From the NCBI GenBank assembly GCA_965218585.1, contig CBDCLE010000002.1:256001-320000 (forward strand): DNA of 64,000 bases. The letters run 5' to 3'. The position numbers were made by a program, and so were the translations under genes. Source of the DNA: Terriglobia bacterium. Lineage in GTDB: Bacteria > Acidobacteriota > Terriglobia > 20CM-2-55-15. Under the pieces are notes generated by a model, which was given only the letters and a program-made list of their open reading frames with translations, did not search any database and was not told the origin of the DNA. This document shows, one piece after another, positions 34,183 to 44,200 of the stretch (position 1 is its first letter; each line of letters opens with the position of its first letter).

Positions 34183-35083
34183 GCCTGACACCGCCTCGTT
34201 GAATCTTGTACGTTTGATTGATCGCTTTCCGAACGAAGAAAAATGCAGGGAGTTTCTTGAAAACCTGCGGTGGCCGAACAGCGTTGGCTGTCCTCGCTGT
34301 GGCGACACATCGCTTTGTGAGATCGCAAGTCGCGACCAATGGGATTGTCTCTCATGCCGCTACCAGTTCAGCGTGACGGCGGGAACGATCATGCACGATT
34401 CCCACCTGCCGCTGAGGAAGTGGTTTCTGGCGATTTATCTCATTCTCGAAGGCAAGAAGGGGATTTCGGCCAACCAGTTGAAGCGCACCATCGGTGTCTC
34501 CTACAAGACAGCCTGGTATCTCTGTCACCGCATCCGCTCCGCGATGGGACATAGCGAACCGGACGGCCCGACGCTGTTTGGGGTGGTCGAGGTCGATGAA
34601 ACCCTGGTCGGCGGCAAGGCCAAAGGCAAGGGGAGCGGCTACAGAGGCAACAAGACTTGGGTGGCCGGCGCGATCCAGCGGGGCGGGAAGGTCCGCCTGG
34701 AGCGGGTTCCAAACATCCGGCGTCACACACTCCATGCTTTCATCCGGCGCAACATCAAGGATGAGGCCGCAGCGATCTATACCGACGAACTGAAGTCTTA
34801 CCTCGGGATCGAGGATCACGACACGCGCCATGAGACCGTCAACCACTCCGCTGAGGAATGGGTTGTCGGCGATGTCCACACCAACAGCATTGAGGGCGTG
34901 TGGAGCCTGTTCAAGCGGTCTATCGTCGGATCGTTCCATAAGATCAGTGCGAAACATCTGGACCGTTATCTTGAGGAACTGGAATGGCGCTTCAACAACC
35001 GCGACAACCCTTACATCTTCCGGGATGCCTTGCGTTTGATCGTCAACGCGGACATGCTCCCCTACAAGGATCTGGTGGCCTAG
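34181..35083 (+). CDS. IS1595-family transposase
   Basis: Zn ribbon (CPRCG...CLSC), HTH (ISANQLKRTIGVSYKTAW), VEVDET, YTDE, VNHS and HTNSIEG.WS motifs. Confidence 0.94.
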   Translation: MPDTASLNLVRLIDRFPNEEKCREFLENLRWPNSVGCPRCGDTSLCEIASRDQWDCLSCRYQFSVTAGTIMHDSHLPLRKWFLAIYLILEGKKGISANQLKRTIGVSYKTAWYLCHRIRSAMGHSEPDGPTLFGVVEVDETLVGGKAKGKGSGYRGNKTWVAGAIQRGGKVRLERVPNIRRHTLHAFIRRNIKDEAAAIYTDELKSYLGIEDHDTRHETVNHSAEEWVVGDVHTNSIEGVWSLFKRSIVGSFHKISAKHLDRYLEELEWRFNNRDNPYIFRDALRLIVNADMLPYKDLVA

Positions 35084-35313
35084 TCCAGGTTTCTTTCGAG
35101 TTCTTCTTGTCCGTTCCATGTGAGATTGAGAATCTTCAGATTCTTCCCCGATTTCTGGATTTCCAGATAACCCGCTTGGTGACAAAGATCAATATGGTAA
35201 AGAACCTCTATCCGGCTGTATTCCTCATAGCGCGGCGCCGGTAGGGGCTTGCCAGTGGCATTCTCCTCTGCGTAACGCAGAATCATGAGAATCAATTTCT
35301 TATGGCGTTTCAA
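35080..35313 (-). CDS. DUF2513/YjcQ-like small winged-helix protein
   Basis: MKR..LI..IL, YHIDLC.QAGYL and LTWNGQE.L pattern. Confidence 0.7.
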   Translation of the reverse strand: MKRHKKLILMILRYAEENATGKPLPAPRYEEYSRIEVLYHIDLCHQAGYLEIQKSGKNLKILNLTWNGQEELERNLD

Positions 35314-35332
35314 TAGATCACTCCCTCTTTAC

Positions 35333-35362
35333 TTGACACAAACTTCCTTCCTGCCATAGCCT
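35333..35362 (+). promoter_or_regulatory. Sigma70-like promoter
   Basis: TTGACA-18 nt-TAGCCT directly upstream of the long hairpin that starts at 35368. Confidence 0.5.
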
Positions 35363-35367
35363 TCTTA

Positions 35368-35477
35368 TTGCCAAAACACGTTGCGTGTACGCCCATCGTC
35401 GGGCTGCTCGCTGAATACAACACCCTTCGGGGAAATAGGTGGGGCTCCGCACTACAACGCGCGGCGTGTTTTGGCAA
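35368..35477 (+). ncRNA. Putative structured RNA / leader
   Basis: 13-bp perfect closing stem TTGCCAAAACACG / CGTGTTTTGGCAA with an internal CCC-TTCG-GGG tetraloop hairpin. Confidence 0.5.
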
Positions 35478-35536
35478 ACTGGCCCGGCGGCCAATGCCGG
35501 TCGCCCGCCAACCAAAGATATGAGAGGAGACACACT

Positions 35537-36052
35537 ATGAATCACAAGAAGCAGCTTACTTTGGTAGCCCTTGTCCTTCTCGCAACGACAGCGTGTTCTT
35601 CGCGGAGAGTGAGCGTGATCATTCCAGCTACACAGCCGTTGTCGGCTTTCTCCGTCTTGGAGGTTGCAGAGATCGACACCAACGTTCCGGACGTCGAGTT
35701 TCAAGTTCCGATCAACATGAGGCAAGAGCTCGTCCAGAAGATATCCGAAATAAGAAGGTTTCGATCCGTCACCCAACAGACCGATGAAACCGAGGGGGTA
35801 TTGCGCTTGGAGAGCACGATCCTCAGCTATGAGAAGGGTTCTCGGGCGAAGCGGTACCTCATCGGATTTGGAACTGGAAAGAGCTATATGACCATGCGCG
35901 GGATCATGATCAACAAGACCACAGGGGAGAAGGTGTTCGAAGGGGACTTCGAAGGAGAGATTTCTGGCGGCTTCCTTGGTGGAAGCTCCAGATCCACCGA
36001 GAACGCCGTGGTTGATGAAGTCCGGGACTACTTCAGGGAAAGATTTCCCTAG
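35537..36052 (+). CDS. DUF4410-like lipoprotein (IS passenger)
   Basis: GAGGAG RBS, lipobox-like LATTAC and KGSRAKRYLIGFGTG motif. Confidence 0.75.
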   Translation: MNHKKQLTLVALVLLATTACSSRRVSVIIPATQPLSAFSVLEVAEIDTNVPDVEFQVPINMRQELVQKISEIRRFRSVTQQTDETEGVLRLESTILSYEKGSRAKRYLIGFGTGKSYMTMRGIMINKTTGEKVFEGDFEGEISGGFLGGSSRSTENAVVDEVRDYFRERFP

Positions 36053-36184
36053 AAATAGCGACCGTGAAACGGGGGAGAGTTTCATTCTTCTCCCCCGTCA
36101 TGATTCGCCCGCTCGGTATCGCTGGACGGGGCAATTTTTTCAAATTCATACTTTCTTGCGAATTTGAGATCCCTTCCCATTGAT

Positions 36185-36613
36185 TTAGCAAGAAGGAGGG
36201 GGAGCCAAGTTGTACCACTGTTTTGTATCCAGAACAGGAGATGGCACACCCAATGCGTTGAGCCTATCCCTAAGTCTCAGCATTTTTACCTCTGTCTTAG
36301 CTGAGATGTAGTCTCTCCTTATCGAAACGTCGACGAGCAGAGCATCAAGAACTTCTTCAATATCCTCATGGAGAACGTAAAATCGTCCACTCGGAAGCAT
36401 TCTTCTAATCGCGCTCTGCATAGTGACCACGACCCAACCTATAGACAATATCGTCACGCTGATAGCAACAATGGGAAGGAAGGCTCCCACGATTGGAATG
36501 ACCTGCGTCATTTTCGTGGTAGCCCCCTGAAAATCGACCAGTAGGCCACATGAGCCACCCAAAGCAGCGACAGCTTTCCAAGGCGAGAGTTCGCTATTCT
36601 TCCAGCGCGACAT
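36185..36613 (-). CDS. Hypothetical membrane protein (IS passenger)
   Basis: 142-aa ORF with hydrophobic segments and lower GC. Confidence 0.45.
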   Translation of the reverse strand: MSRWKNSELSPWKAVAALGGSCGLLVDFQGATTKMTQVIPIVGAFLPIVAISVTILSIGWVVVTMQSAIRRMLPSGRFYVLHEDIEEVLDALLVDVSIRRDYISAKTEVKMLRLRDRLNALGVPSPVLDTKQWYNLAPPPSC

Positions 36614-36697
36614 CGGGCCATGCTAACCCCCTGCGTTTTGTGTGTAAAGTATATAATCACCAGTTTTTCAGTCGTTACCAACCTTTCTTCAATCAAC

Positions 36698-38062
36698 GAG
36701 GTCATTACAAAAGGTGTGTAAAAGTCATCAGGCGGCGGCCTTCGATTTCATCACGACTCTGATGCCGTCAGCGAATTGCTGACCATCATAGACCTCTTGT
36801 AAGAGTTCGGATCCTTTTAAGTGTCGCCAAGCCTTCTCAGCGACACGTAGTAGCTTCCAGATCATTGCCGTTGCATTCTCGACACGCTTGAATCGGCGAG
36901 CGGCGTTGGTGCGGAGGCGAACCATGTCGAAGGGCGATTCGACGATGTTGGTTGTTCTCAGATGCACCCAGTGTTGTTTCGGGAACTCATAGAAAGTAAT
37001 CATCCGGTCCCAGTCCCGCAACAGCGTCTCACCCGCTTTGGGATAGTTCTTCTCATATCGGCGGACGAACTGATCCCGCTTTCGTTCGCAGGCCGCGCGG
37101 GAGTTCGCGAAGGCCATCCCATGAAGCAGCTGTCTGGCCGCGGGCTGCTCGGTCTTCGGCAGATGATCGACCACGTTGATCGACTTGTGGTTCCAGCAGC
37201 GTTGTTCCTGGCCCTGGGGCTGTTGCTCGGCCAGCGCGGACCAGATGCCCAGGTGACCGTCCGCGACAGTCAGCCGTCCCAGCTTCAGGCCCCGTCTCTG
37301 GAGATTGCGCAGAATGCGGCTCCAGGACTCCTTGCTTTCCCGCTGCCCGCTCTCACAGGCCAACAGCACTTTGCGCCCGTCTGACAAGGCTCCGATGATC
37401 ACCAGCAATGCCGCTCGCTCTTTCGCGATCCCCGCTTTCACGTACAAGCCGTCTGCCCACTGGTACACGACCTCGAGGCCGGACAGGTCCTGCTGGACCC
37501 ACTCGTCATACTCCAACTGCCAGGTCGATTTCAGTCGTTGGATCGATGCTCGCGACAACGGAGCGCCAGCGCCAAGCAGTCCGCGCATGGCCTGCTCGAA
37601 GTCCCCTGTGGCCAGACCGTGGAGGTAGAGATCGGGAAGTAGCTCGCCCAGCTGTTTCGATTTCCGTCGAAAATACGGCAGGATCTGACTCTCGAACCGC
37701 TCGGCGGTGTTTCAAACCCGAGGTCGTCGAACCTCCATCGTACCGTTCATCATTGCGAAGCGTCGCGGTTTCCCGTGACCGTTCCGGTATCCTCGTCGAT
37801 TCGGACTCCGCTCCAACTTTTCCCGACCCAGAAATTGAGTGACTTCGTCCTCGAGCAGCTCCTGTAGCCAGACTTGGACCCGGGATCGCGCCCAGTCCTC
37901 CAAACCTTCATACGCGTTCGTTGACGCCACTGATGCCGGTATGTTCTTCTTCTTCATGGGTGGTGTACCTTTCTCCCGATTGCTGCCGGGATTGCTTACG
38001 GTTTCGAATTCACCGAAAGCGTACACCGCCTTCTCTTTTTACACACCGATTGGAACGACCTC
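36698..38062 (-). mobile_element. IS256-family insertion sequence, copy 2 (1365 bp)
   Basis: Inverted near-identical copy of 5101-6465 with an 8-bp target duplication CAATCAAC (36690-36697, 38063-38070). Confidence 0.93.
36728..37957 (-). pseudogene. IS256 transposase with a nonsense codon
   Basis: CGA in copy 1 reads TGA here (37712-37714), splitting the ORF. Confidence 0.85.
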
Positions 38063-38875
38063 CAATCAACGCACAAGCGACGCTGGATGGAACCCAGATG
38101 GGTCTCCAACGGACACTAGCCCGACTGACCTCGGGTCTCAGAATTAACGGAGCTGCAGATGATGCCGCGGGCCTCGCGGTTGCTAATCGGCACAAACTGG
38201 ACAACACCGGTTTGTCCATTGGTATCCGGAGCGCGAATGACGCCATCAGCAAGCTCCAGATCGAAGACGGCGCGCTGACCAACATCGCGTTATTGCTGGA
38301 TCGGGCTCTGACTCTGGCGAGCCAGACCGCTTCAGATACTTTCACCGGTTCCAGATCTACGCTGGATGCCGAGTTCCAGTCCGTGATTTCAGAAATCACG
38401 AAGAACGCGACAGCTGCCGGTGTCGAGACGGGCAACGCGAACCTGAATGCCCGCTCGGTTTTCGTCGGAAACACGACGACAAACACATCGGCCAGCGTCA
38501 CTTACGTTTCGTTCGCGCTGACCTCAGCGGTCGATGGTCAGGGACTTGGCATCAGCACCCAGAACATCACGTCGCAGGCCAATGCAGCCACGGCAATCTC
38601 CAACATTCAGGCTGCCGTTGGAACGCTCGGTACCGTTCAGGGCCGCGTGGGTGCTGCGATGAACCGGTTGAGCTTCGCGATCTCGCAGGCGCAGACAATG
38701 TCTGTCAGTGTGAAGGCGTCGGAGTCTCGAATCCGGGACGCCAATATCGCAGAGGAAGCCGCTGCACTGACGAAGTTTAATATCCTGACCCAGAGTGGTT
38801 TGGCTGCACTGTCGCAGGCGAACCAGTCATCTCAATCCGTCCTGACCCTACTCCGGTAGTCCGTCCTACCCCCAC

Positions 38876-38912
38876 GGGAGCGACCTTTCTCAAACGGCAA
38901 AGCGTCGCTCCC
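38876..38912 (+). terminator. Hairpin after flagellin
   Basis: GGGAGCGAC...GTCGCTCCC inverted repeat. Confidence 0.45.
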
Positions 38913-38994
38913 GACCTCGGTTCCCTAAGACAATCCAATCTCCCAGCAGCTAAGGCACGAGGGCGGCAGTCACGAAGTCAGGGCTAGGGGTTCA

Positions 38995-39024
38995 TTGACA
39001 CTCCTTTGCCCGGGGACGGATAAT
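38995..39024 (+). promoter_or_regulatory. Sigma70-like promoter of the metal-efflux operon
   Basis: TTGACA-18 nt-GATAAT, 9 nt upstream of GTG 39034. Confidence 0.6.
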
Positions 39025-39033
39025 GATCGTACT

Positions 39034-39426
39034 GTGCAACCCCCGACTTCCTTCGTAACCGCCGTTGTAGCGCTGGCCGTCCTGTTGTCGACGCTGGCCT
39101 ACGCGCCTTTTTCGCATGTGCATTCCGAAGGGGGATACCACGGCGCGGGAGAAGTACACGGGTTCCAGGTGCATTCCCATCTTCCCGAGGCTCCCGCAGA
39201 AGGGGAAACGCACGAACCGGTCATCGGTGCTTCATCCGACGAGGGCCGTAACGTTGATCTGTTTCTTTCGCTGGCCGGCAAGCCTTTTCCGTTAGCGGAA
39301 TCTGTCGAGTTCTACACGGATGTCAGGCCGCAGTTTGAGACCAAGCAGCGTCAGGGTACCTCCCGACCCGACCGGGCTCGAGATCCCCCTGTTGCGAACG
39401 TGTCCTCCAGAGCCCCCCCTGCCTAG
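39034..39426 (+). CDS. His-rich exported leader protein ending in RAPP (putative arrest peptide, DUF2946-like)
   Basis: Hydrophobic N-terminus, HVH...H...H...HSH cluster and C-terminal RARDPP...SSRAPPA-stop. Confidence 0.7.
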   Translation: MQPPTSFVTAVVALAVLLSTLAYAPFSHVHSEGGYHGAGEVHGFQVHSHLPEAPAEGETHEPVIGASSDEGRNVDLFLSLAGKPFPLAESVEFYTDVRPQFETKQRQGTSRPDRARDPPVANVSSRAPPA

Positions 39427-39509
39427 ACCTGCCTGCGGCGCGACCGCGCCGATGTGTAGTTTCGTGCGTATTGGACGCACGGAGTTTTTCCCCGAACCGA
39501 CGAAGAAGG

Positions 39510-39935
39510 ATGATTGTGAAAATAGTTCCCGCACTGCTTGTTTTGTGCTTCGCGTTTCTAGCAAGCTGTACAACTCCCGTTCCGATCGAAGAAGAAGTTG
39601 AAGCTGAAGTGCTGTCTCGAACTGACTTTACCGACCGGATCGAGAATTTCTTCGAATATGATCCGCTGAGGTCGGGCCAGCCAAGTGCATTCTTGATTCA
39701 CCTGACCGATCTCCTCGACGGTTCTCCCGTGGGCGGGGCGCGCGTTCAATTGCTGGTCCGGTCCGAAGGCAGTCGAAATCAAGTTACGGAGACGACAGCG
39801 CTCGTCGGTCGGGTTACCGGTATTTACGTTGCGGAGTTGGCCGTGCCAAGCCCCGGAACCTATGACATTGAATTCCGGGTTCAGAACGATAGTATCGATG
39901 AGTCGATGACTCTTACCGGGTTTGAGGTCGAGTAA
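39510..39935 (+). CDS. Lipoprotein with an Ig-like (YtkA/FixH-like) domain
   Basis: Lipobox FLASC; IHLTDL.DGSPV and GIY.AEL..P.PGTY patterns; coupled to the downstream MFP gene. Confidence 0.7.
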   Translation: MIVKIVPALLVLCFAFLASCTTPVPIEEEVEAEVLSRTDFTDRIENFFEYDPLRSGQPSAFLIHLTDLLDGSPVGGARVQLLVRSEGSRNQVTETTALVGRVTGIYVAELAVPSPGTYDIEFRVQNDSIDESMTLTGFEVE

Positions 39936-39940
39936 GACGC

Positions 39941-41239
39941 ATGAAAACTGGAGAAAGTAACGACATGACGGAATCCAATGTATCTCGTGGTCACTCCGGG
40001 CCTATATGGATCGCTCTTATGGGCGTCGTGATTCTGGCGCTGCTGGTGACGCTCTACAGGAATCAGGCCGTGGAACTCGCTGCGGAAGAAGATCCCATCG
40101 AAGCCGCGTCCAGCCCAACGGTGTCCTTCTTGATGGAGCAGCAGTGGCTCATCCAGATGAAACTGGCCCAGGCCCAGCGTCGGGAACTCTCACCCCAGGT
40201 TCGTGTGGTAGGCCGAGTCATACCTGCGGATAACTACACGGCGATCATTTCTTCCCCTGTGACCGGATTGATACAGGATGCGAACCTGCCCGTTCTCGGC
40301 CAGGAGCTTCGCTCAGGCCAAGACGTTCTCACTGTCGAACAGATGCCTGAGCTATCGGATGCAGCCCAGGCGGCGCAGCTTCGCCTCGAAGCCAGTCGCA
40401 CTGAATCGGAACGGCGGCGTCTGGAGCAGTCCAAGGCAGAGGCCCAGATTCGCCTGCGGCAAGCCGAACGGGAATGGACACGGGCGAGGCGCCTGCACGA
40501 AGAGGAGTTGATGGCTCTCCAGGAAGTGGAGGCTGCCGAAACCGAATACGATGCGGCCGGGGCCGTCGTTGCCTCATACGCCGAACAGCTGACGGCTCTT
40601 GCCGAGGCACCAAGTCTGGATACCGCCATGCGGACGACCGCACCGCGACAGGTTGTCTCTGCTCCCATTGCCGGTCGGGTCAACCAGATTTTCAAAGAGG
40701 TTGGAGAACTGGTTCAACCCGGCGAACCGGTACTCGATATCGTGAATCTGGATGTCGTATGGGTCGAAGCGCCGATATTCGAAAAGGACCTTGCCGCTGT
40801 AATGGGCACCGGTGAAGTGATCTTCGAGACCATCGCGTATCCGGGCGTCGAATTCGTAGGCGAAGTCGTTGATGTCGGCGCGCGCATCGATGAAGAGACA
40901 CGAACGGCAGATGTCATCTTTTCCATACCCAATCGGGATGGCCGGCTTCGTATTGGAATGCAAGCCAACATTCGACTGGCGACCGGACCTCCCGAGGGCG
41001 TCGTTGCGATTCCGTCCGAAGCGGTTCTGGAACACGAGGGGCGTGACATCGTTTATGTCCTCCTCTCTGGCGAAGAGTTCGAACGCCGTAACGTCATATT
41101 GGGAGACCGGTACGGCGATGAAGTGGCGATTTTGGCCGGTGTGGAGCCCGGTGAGCGTGTCGTGACACAGGGGGCCTATCAGCTCAAGCTGCAGGAGTTG
41201 CAGCCGGCAGATCCGGGCGAGCATTCGCACGAGGTCTAA
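39941..41239 (+). CDS. RND efflux periplasmic adaptor (CusB/CzcB-like)
   Basis: SPVTG and APIAG lipoyl halves, coiled hairpin, VWVEAPIFEKDL, LRIGM and GERVVTQGAY motifs; His-containing tail. Confidence 0.92.
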   Translation: MKTGESNDMTESNVSRGHSGPIWIALMGVVILALLVTLYRNQAVELAAEEDPIEAASSPTVSFLMEQQWLIQMKLAQAQRRELSPQVRVVGRVIPADNYTAIISSPVTGLIQDANLPVLGQELRSGQDVLTVEQMPELSDAAQAAQLRLEASRTESERRRLEQSKAEAQIRLRQAEREWTRARRLHEEELMALQEVEAAETEYDAAGAVVASYAEQLTALAEAPSLDTAMRTTAPRQVVSAPIAGRVNQIFKEVGELVQPGEPVLDIVNLDVVWVEAPIFEKDLAAVMGTGEVIFETIAYPGVEFVGEVVDVGARIDEETRTADVIFSIPNRDGRLRIGMQANIRLATGPPEGVVAIPSEAVLEHEGRDIVYVLLSGEEFERRNVILGDRYGDEVAILAGVEPGERVVTQGAYQLKLQELQPADPGEHSHEV

Positions 41240-41249
41240 GGGGAGTAAC

Positions 41250-44200
41250 GTGCTGGACAAAATCATCCAATGGTCTCTCGACAATCGACTTCTGGTTGTC
41301 GTCGGCGCGATCGGTCTTCTTGTCTATGGCGGCATCGTCGCCGCCCGTACGCCGGTCGACGTTTTTCCCGATCTGACGGCTCCCACGGTAACGGTCCTCA
41401 CAGAGGCCCACGGCCTGGCGCCTGAAGAGGTTGAAGCTGTCGTGACCGTGCCGCTCGAGGCTGTCTTGAACGGCACGTCGGGCGTGTTTCGGGTCCGTTC
41501 GAATTCAGCCGCCGGCCTCTCGCTGATCTTTGCCGAGTTCGAGATCGGAACAGATATTTATCGTGCGCGACAGTTGGTAACGGAGAAACTCGGGCAAGTG
41601 CAGTTGCCGATTGGAGTCGAGCCTCCGGTGCTGGGGCCGATCTCTTCGACCATGGGCGAGATCATGCTCGTTTCCATGCGTTCGGAGGGCGAAACCTCCA
41701 ACATGGATCTCCGTTCGCTGGCCGACTGGGTTGTGCGGCCCCGCCTGCTCGCGATTACAGGTGTGTCCCAGGTCATTGTTATTGGCGGCGACCTGAAGCA
41801 GTACCAGGTGATCGTGGATCCCGCCTTGCTCGTTGATTACGACCTGTCTCTTGAGGACGTCACTCATGCGGTTGCCGAGGCGAACGCAGTCAGCACCGGC
41901 GGTTTCATGGAGCGAACCAACGAAGAGTTCCTGATCCGTGGGCGCGGCCGTGTGAGTCAGGTTGAAGATCTTGCGGAGTCGGTCATAACGATCAGGGACG
42001 GCAGTCCAATTCTGATCGAGCACGTCGCCGAAGTTCGTCTGGGTGCTGCAATAAAGCGGGGCGACGGAAGCTTCAACATGGAATCCGCGATCGTCGTCAC
42101 GATCCAGAAGCAGCCGAACGCCAACACGCTCGAGCTGACCTCGGAAATCGAAACGACGCTCGCATCGCTCGAACGGACGCTGCCCGAGGACGTTTCGATC
42201 GATGCCGAGGCGTTTCAACAGGCCAACTTCATCGAGCTCGCGGTCGGCAATGTCCGTCGTGCGTTGGTGGAAGGCGGACTGATGGTAAGCATCGTCCTGT
42301 TCCTTTTTCTCTGGAACTTCAGGACGACCTTCATCAGTCTGACCGCCATTCCCCTTTCTTTGCTGACCGCTATTCTCGCGATGAGCTATTTTGGCATCAG
42401 CATCAACACGATGACGCTGGGAGGTCTGGCGATCGCCATCGGGGAACTGGTAGACGATGCGATTGTGGACGTCGAGAACGTTTTCCGACGGCTCAAACAG
42501 AACGTCGGGTTGGGAAATCCTCAGAAGATTTCCACCGTCGTCTTTAAAGCGTCCAGCGAGATCCGGAATTCCATTTTTTACGCGACAGCGATCATTATTC
42601 TTGTTTTCCTCCCCCTGTTCTCACTTGCGGGATTCGAAGGGCGGATGTTTGCGCCGCTCGCGTTCGCATACATTTTTTCGATAGCGGCTTCGCTTCTGGT
42701 GGCCCTGACGGTGACGCCGGTCCTCTGCTACTGGATGCTCGGACGGTTCACACGGACCCAGGACACGGGCGATTCGCAACTGGTCGCGTTTTCTAAGCGA
42801 CGATACAGCAAGGTTCTGGGGTGGGCGCTGGCCCGTCCGTTCGAAGTCATAGCCGTCTCGGTTCTCCTGCTCGTGACGTCGGTCGCGCTGCTTCCGCTCA
42901 CCGGACGCGAGTTTCTTCCTCTGTTCAACGAAGGTGCCGTGAACGTCAACGTTACCCTGCCTCCGGGAACTTCGCTGGAAGAGTCGAATCGCGTCGGCAA
43001 CGTAGTCGAAGGAGTGTTGCATCAGATTCCAGAAGTCGTCTCAACGACCCGGCGAACGGGACGTGCCGAACAGGACGAACACGCTGCGGGAGTCAACGCG
43101 AGCGAACTGGAAGTCGTCATGCTGGCGTCGGATCGATCGCAGTTCGCGATCATGGACGAGATTCGCGAGAGTCTGGCACCCATCCCGGGAGTCGGCTTGG
43201 AGGTCGGGCAGCCGATTTCGCACCGCATCGACCATCTGTTGAGCGGCACCCAGGCTCAGATTGCCATCAAGTTGTTCGGCCCCGACCTTCCGACTCTGAG
43301 AAACAAAGCGGAAGAGATTCGCGCTTCGATGGAAAACGTTCCAGGCATCGTGGACCTGTTGGTGGAGCCTCAGGTCGGCGTGCCCCAGGTACAGGTGAAT
43401 ATAGATCGCGCCAATGCAGCAGCCGTGGGTCTGTCTGCGGGCGATCTGGCCGAGGCTGTGGAAACCGCTTTTAACGGTCGTGTGGTCGGGCAGGTCCTGG
43501 AGCAACAGCGAAGCTACGATCTCATCGTTCGCCTGGAAGACGAAGCTCGCGAATCACTGGATTCGATCCGGAACACGTTGATTGAAACACCGACCGGTGC
43601 GAAGGTTCCCATCGCTCAGGTTGCGGATGTGCGTTCTGACCAGGGGCCGAATACGATCAACCGGGAGAACGGGCAACGCCGGATCATTGTTCAGTCCAAC
43701 GTCTCGGGACGTGACCTGGGCAGCGTGATCAATGATGTTCGAGCTTCGGTGGGAAGGGAAGTCGCCCTCCCCGAAGGTTATTTCGTCCAGTATGGAGGCC
43801 AGTTTGAAGCGCAGGAGCAGGCCTCGGAGAGGATCTTCTGGTTGTCGCTCGTCGCGATCGGCGGAATATTTCTGCTGTTGTTTATCGCGTTGAAATCCGT
43901 GCGGGCTTCACTCCTTGTGATGGCGAACCTGCCTCTGGCCCTGATCGGTGGGGTCCTCATCGTCTTTCTATCGGGAGGCACGCTTTCAGTGGCTTCTCTG
44001 GTGGGTTTCATCACGCTCTTCGGTATCGCGACGCGCAACGGCATCATGCTTGTGACCCACTACCGGCATCTGATCGAGGAGGGTGTGGCCTTCCGTCAGG
44101 CTGTGATCCAGGGATCGATGGAGCGGTTGAGTCCTATCCTGATGACGGCGCTTGTTACCGGCGTCGGGTTGATACCTCTGGCTCTGGGAGTCGGCACGCC

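Larger units (their letters stand above)
33964..36661 (+). mobile_element. IS1595-family element with passenger genes (~2.7 kb)
   Basis: Perfect 21-bp terminal IRs GGTGATTATATACTTTACACA (33964) / TGTGTAAAGTATATAATCACC (ending 36661) enclose the transposase and 3-4 other ORFs. The flanks do not match each other. Confidence 0.87.
36662..38859 (+). pseudogene. fliC: Flagellin, start codon lost to IS1595 and interrupted by IS256
   Basis: SFSVVTNLSSIN | AQATL...RLTSGLRINGAADDAAGLA...ESRIRDANIAEE...QANQSSQSVLTLLR joins in frame across the CAATCAAC duplication. Confidence 0.92.

Noticed and set aside
5101-38062. Composite transposon bounded by the two inverted IS256 copies
   Set aside because: Each copy has its own intact 8-bp target duplication, so they are independent insertions.
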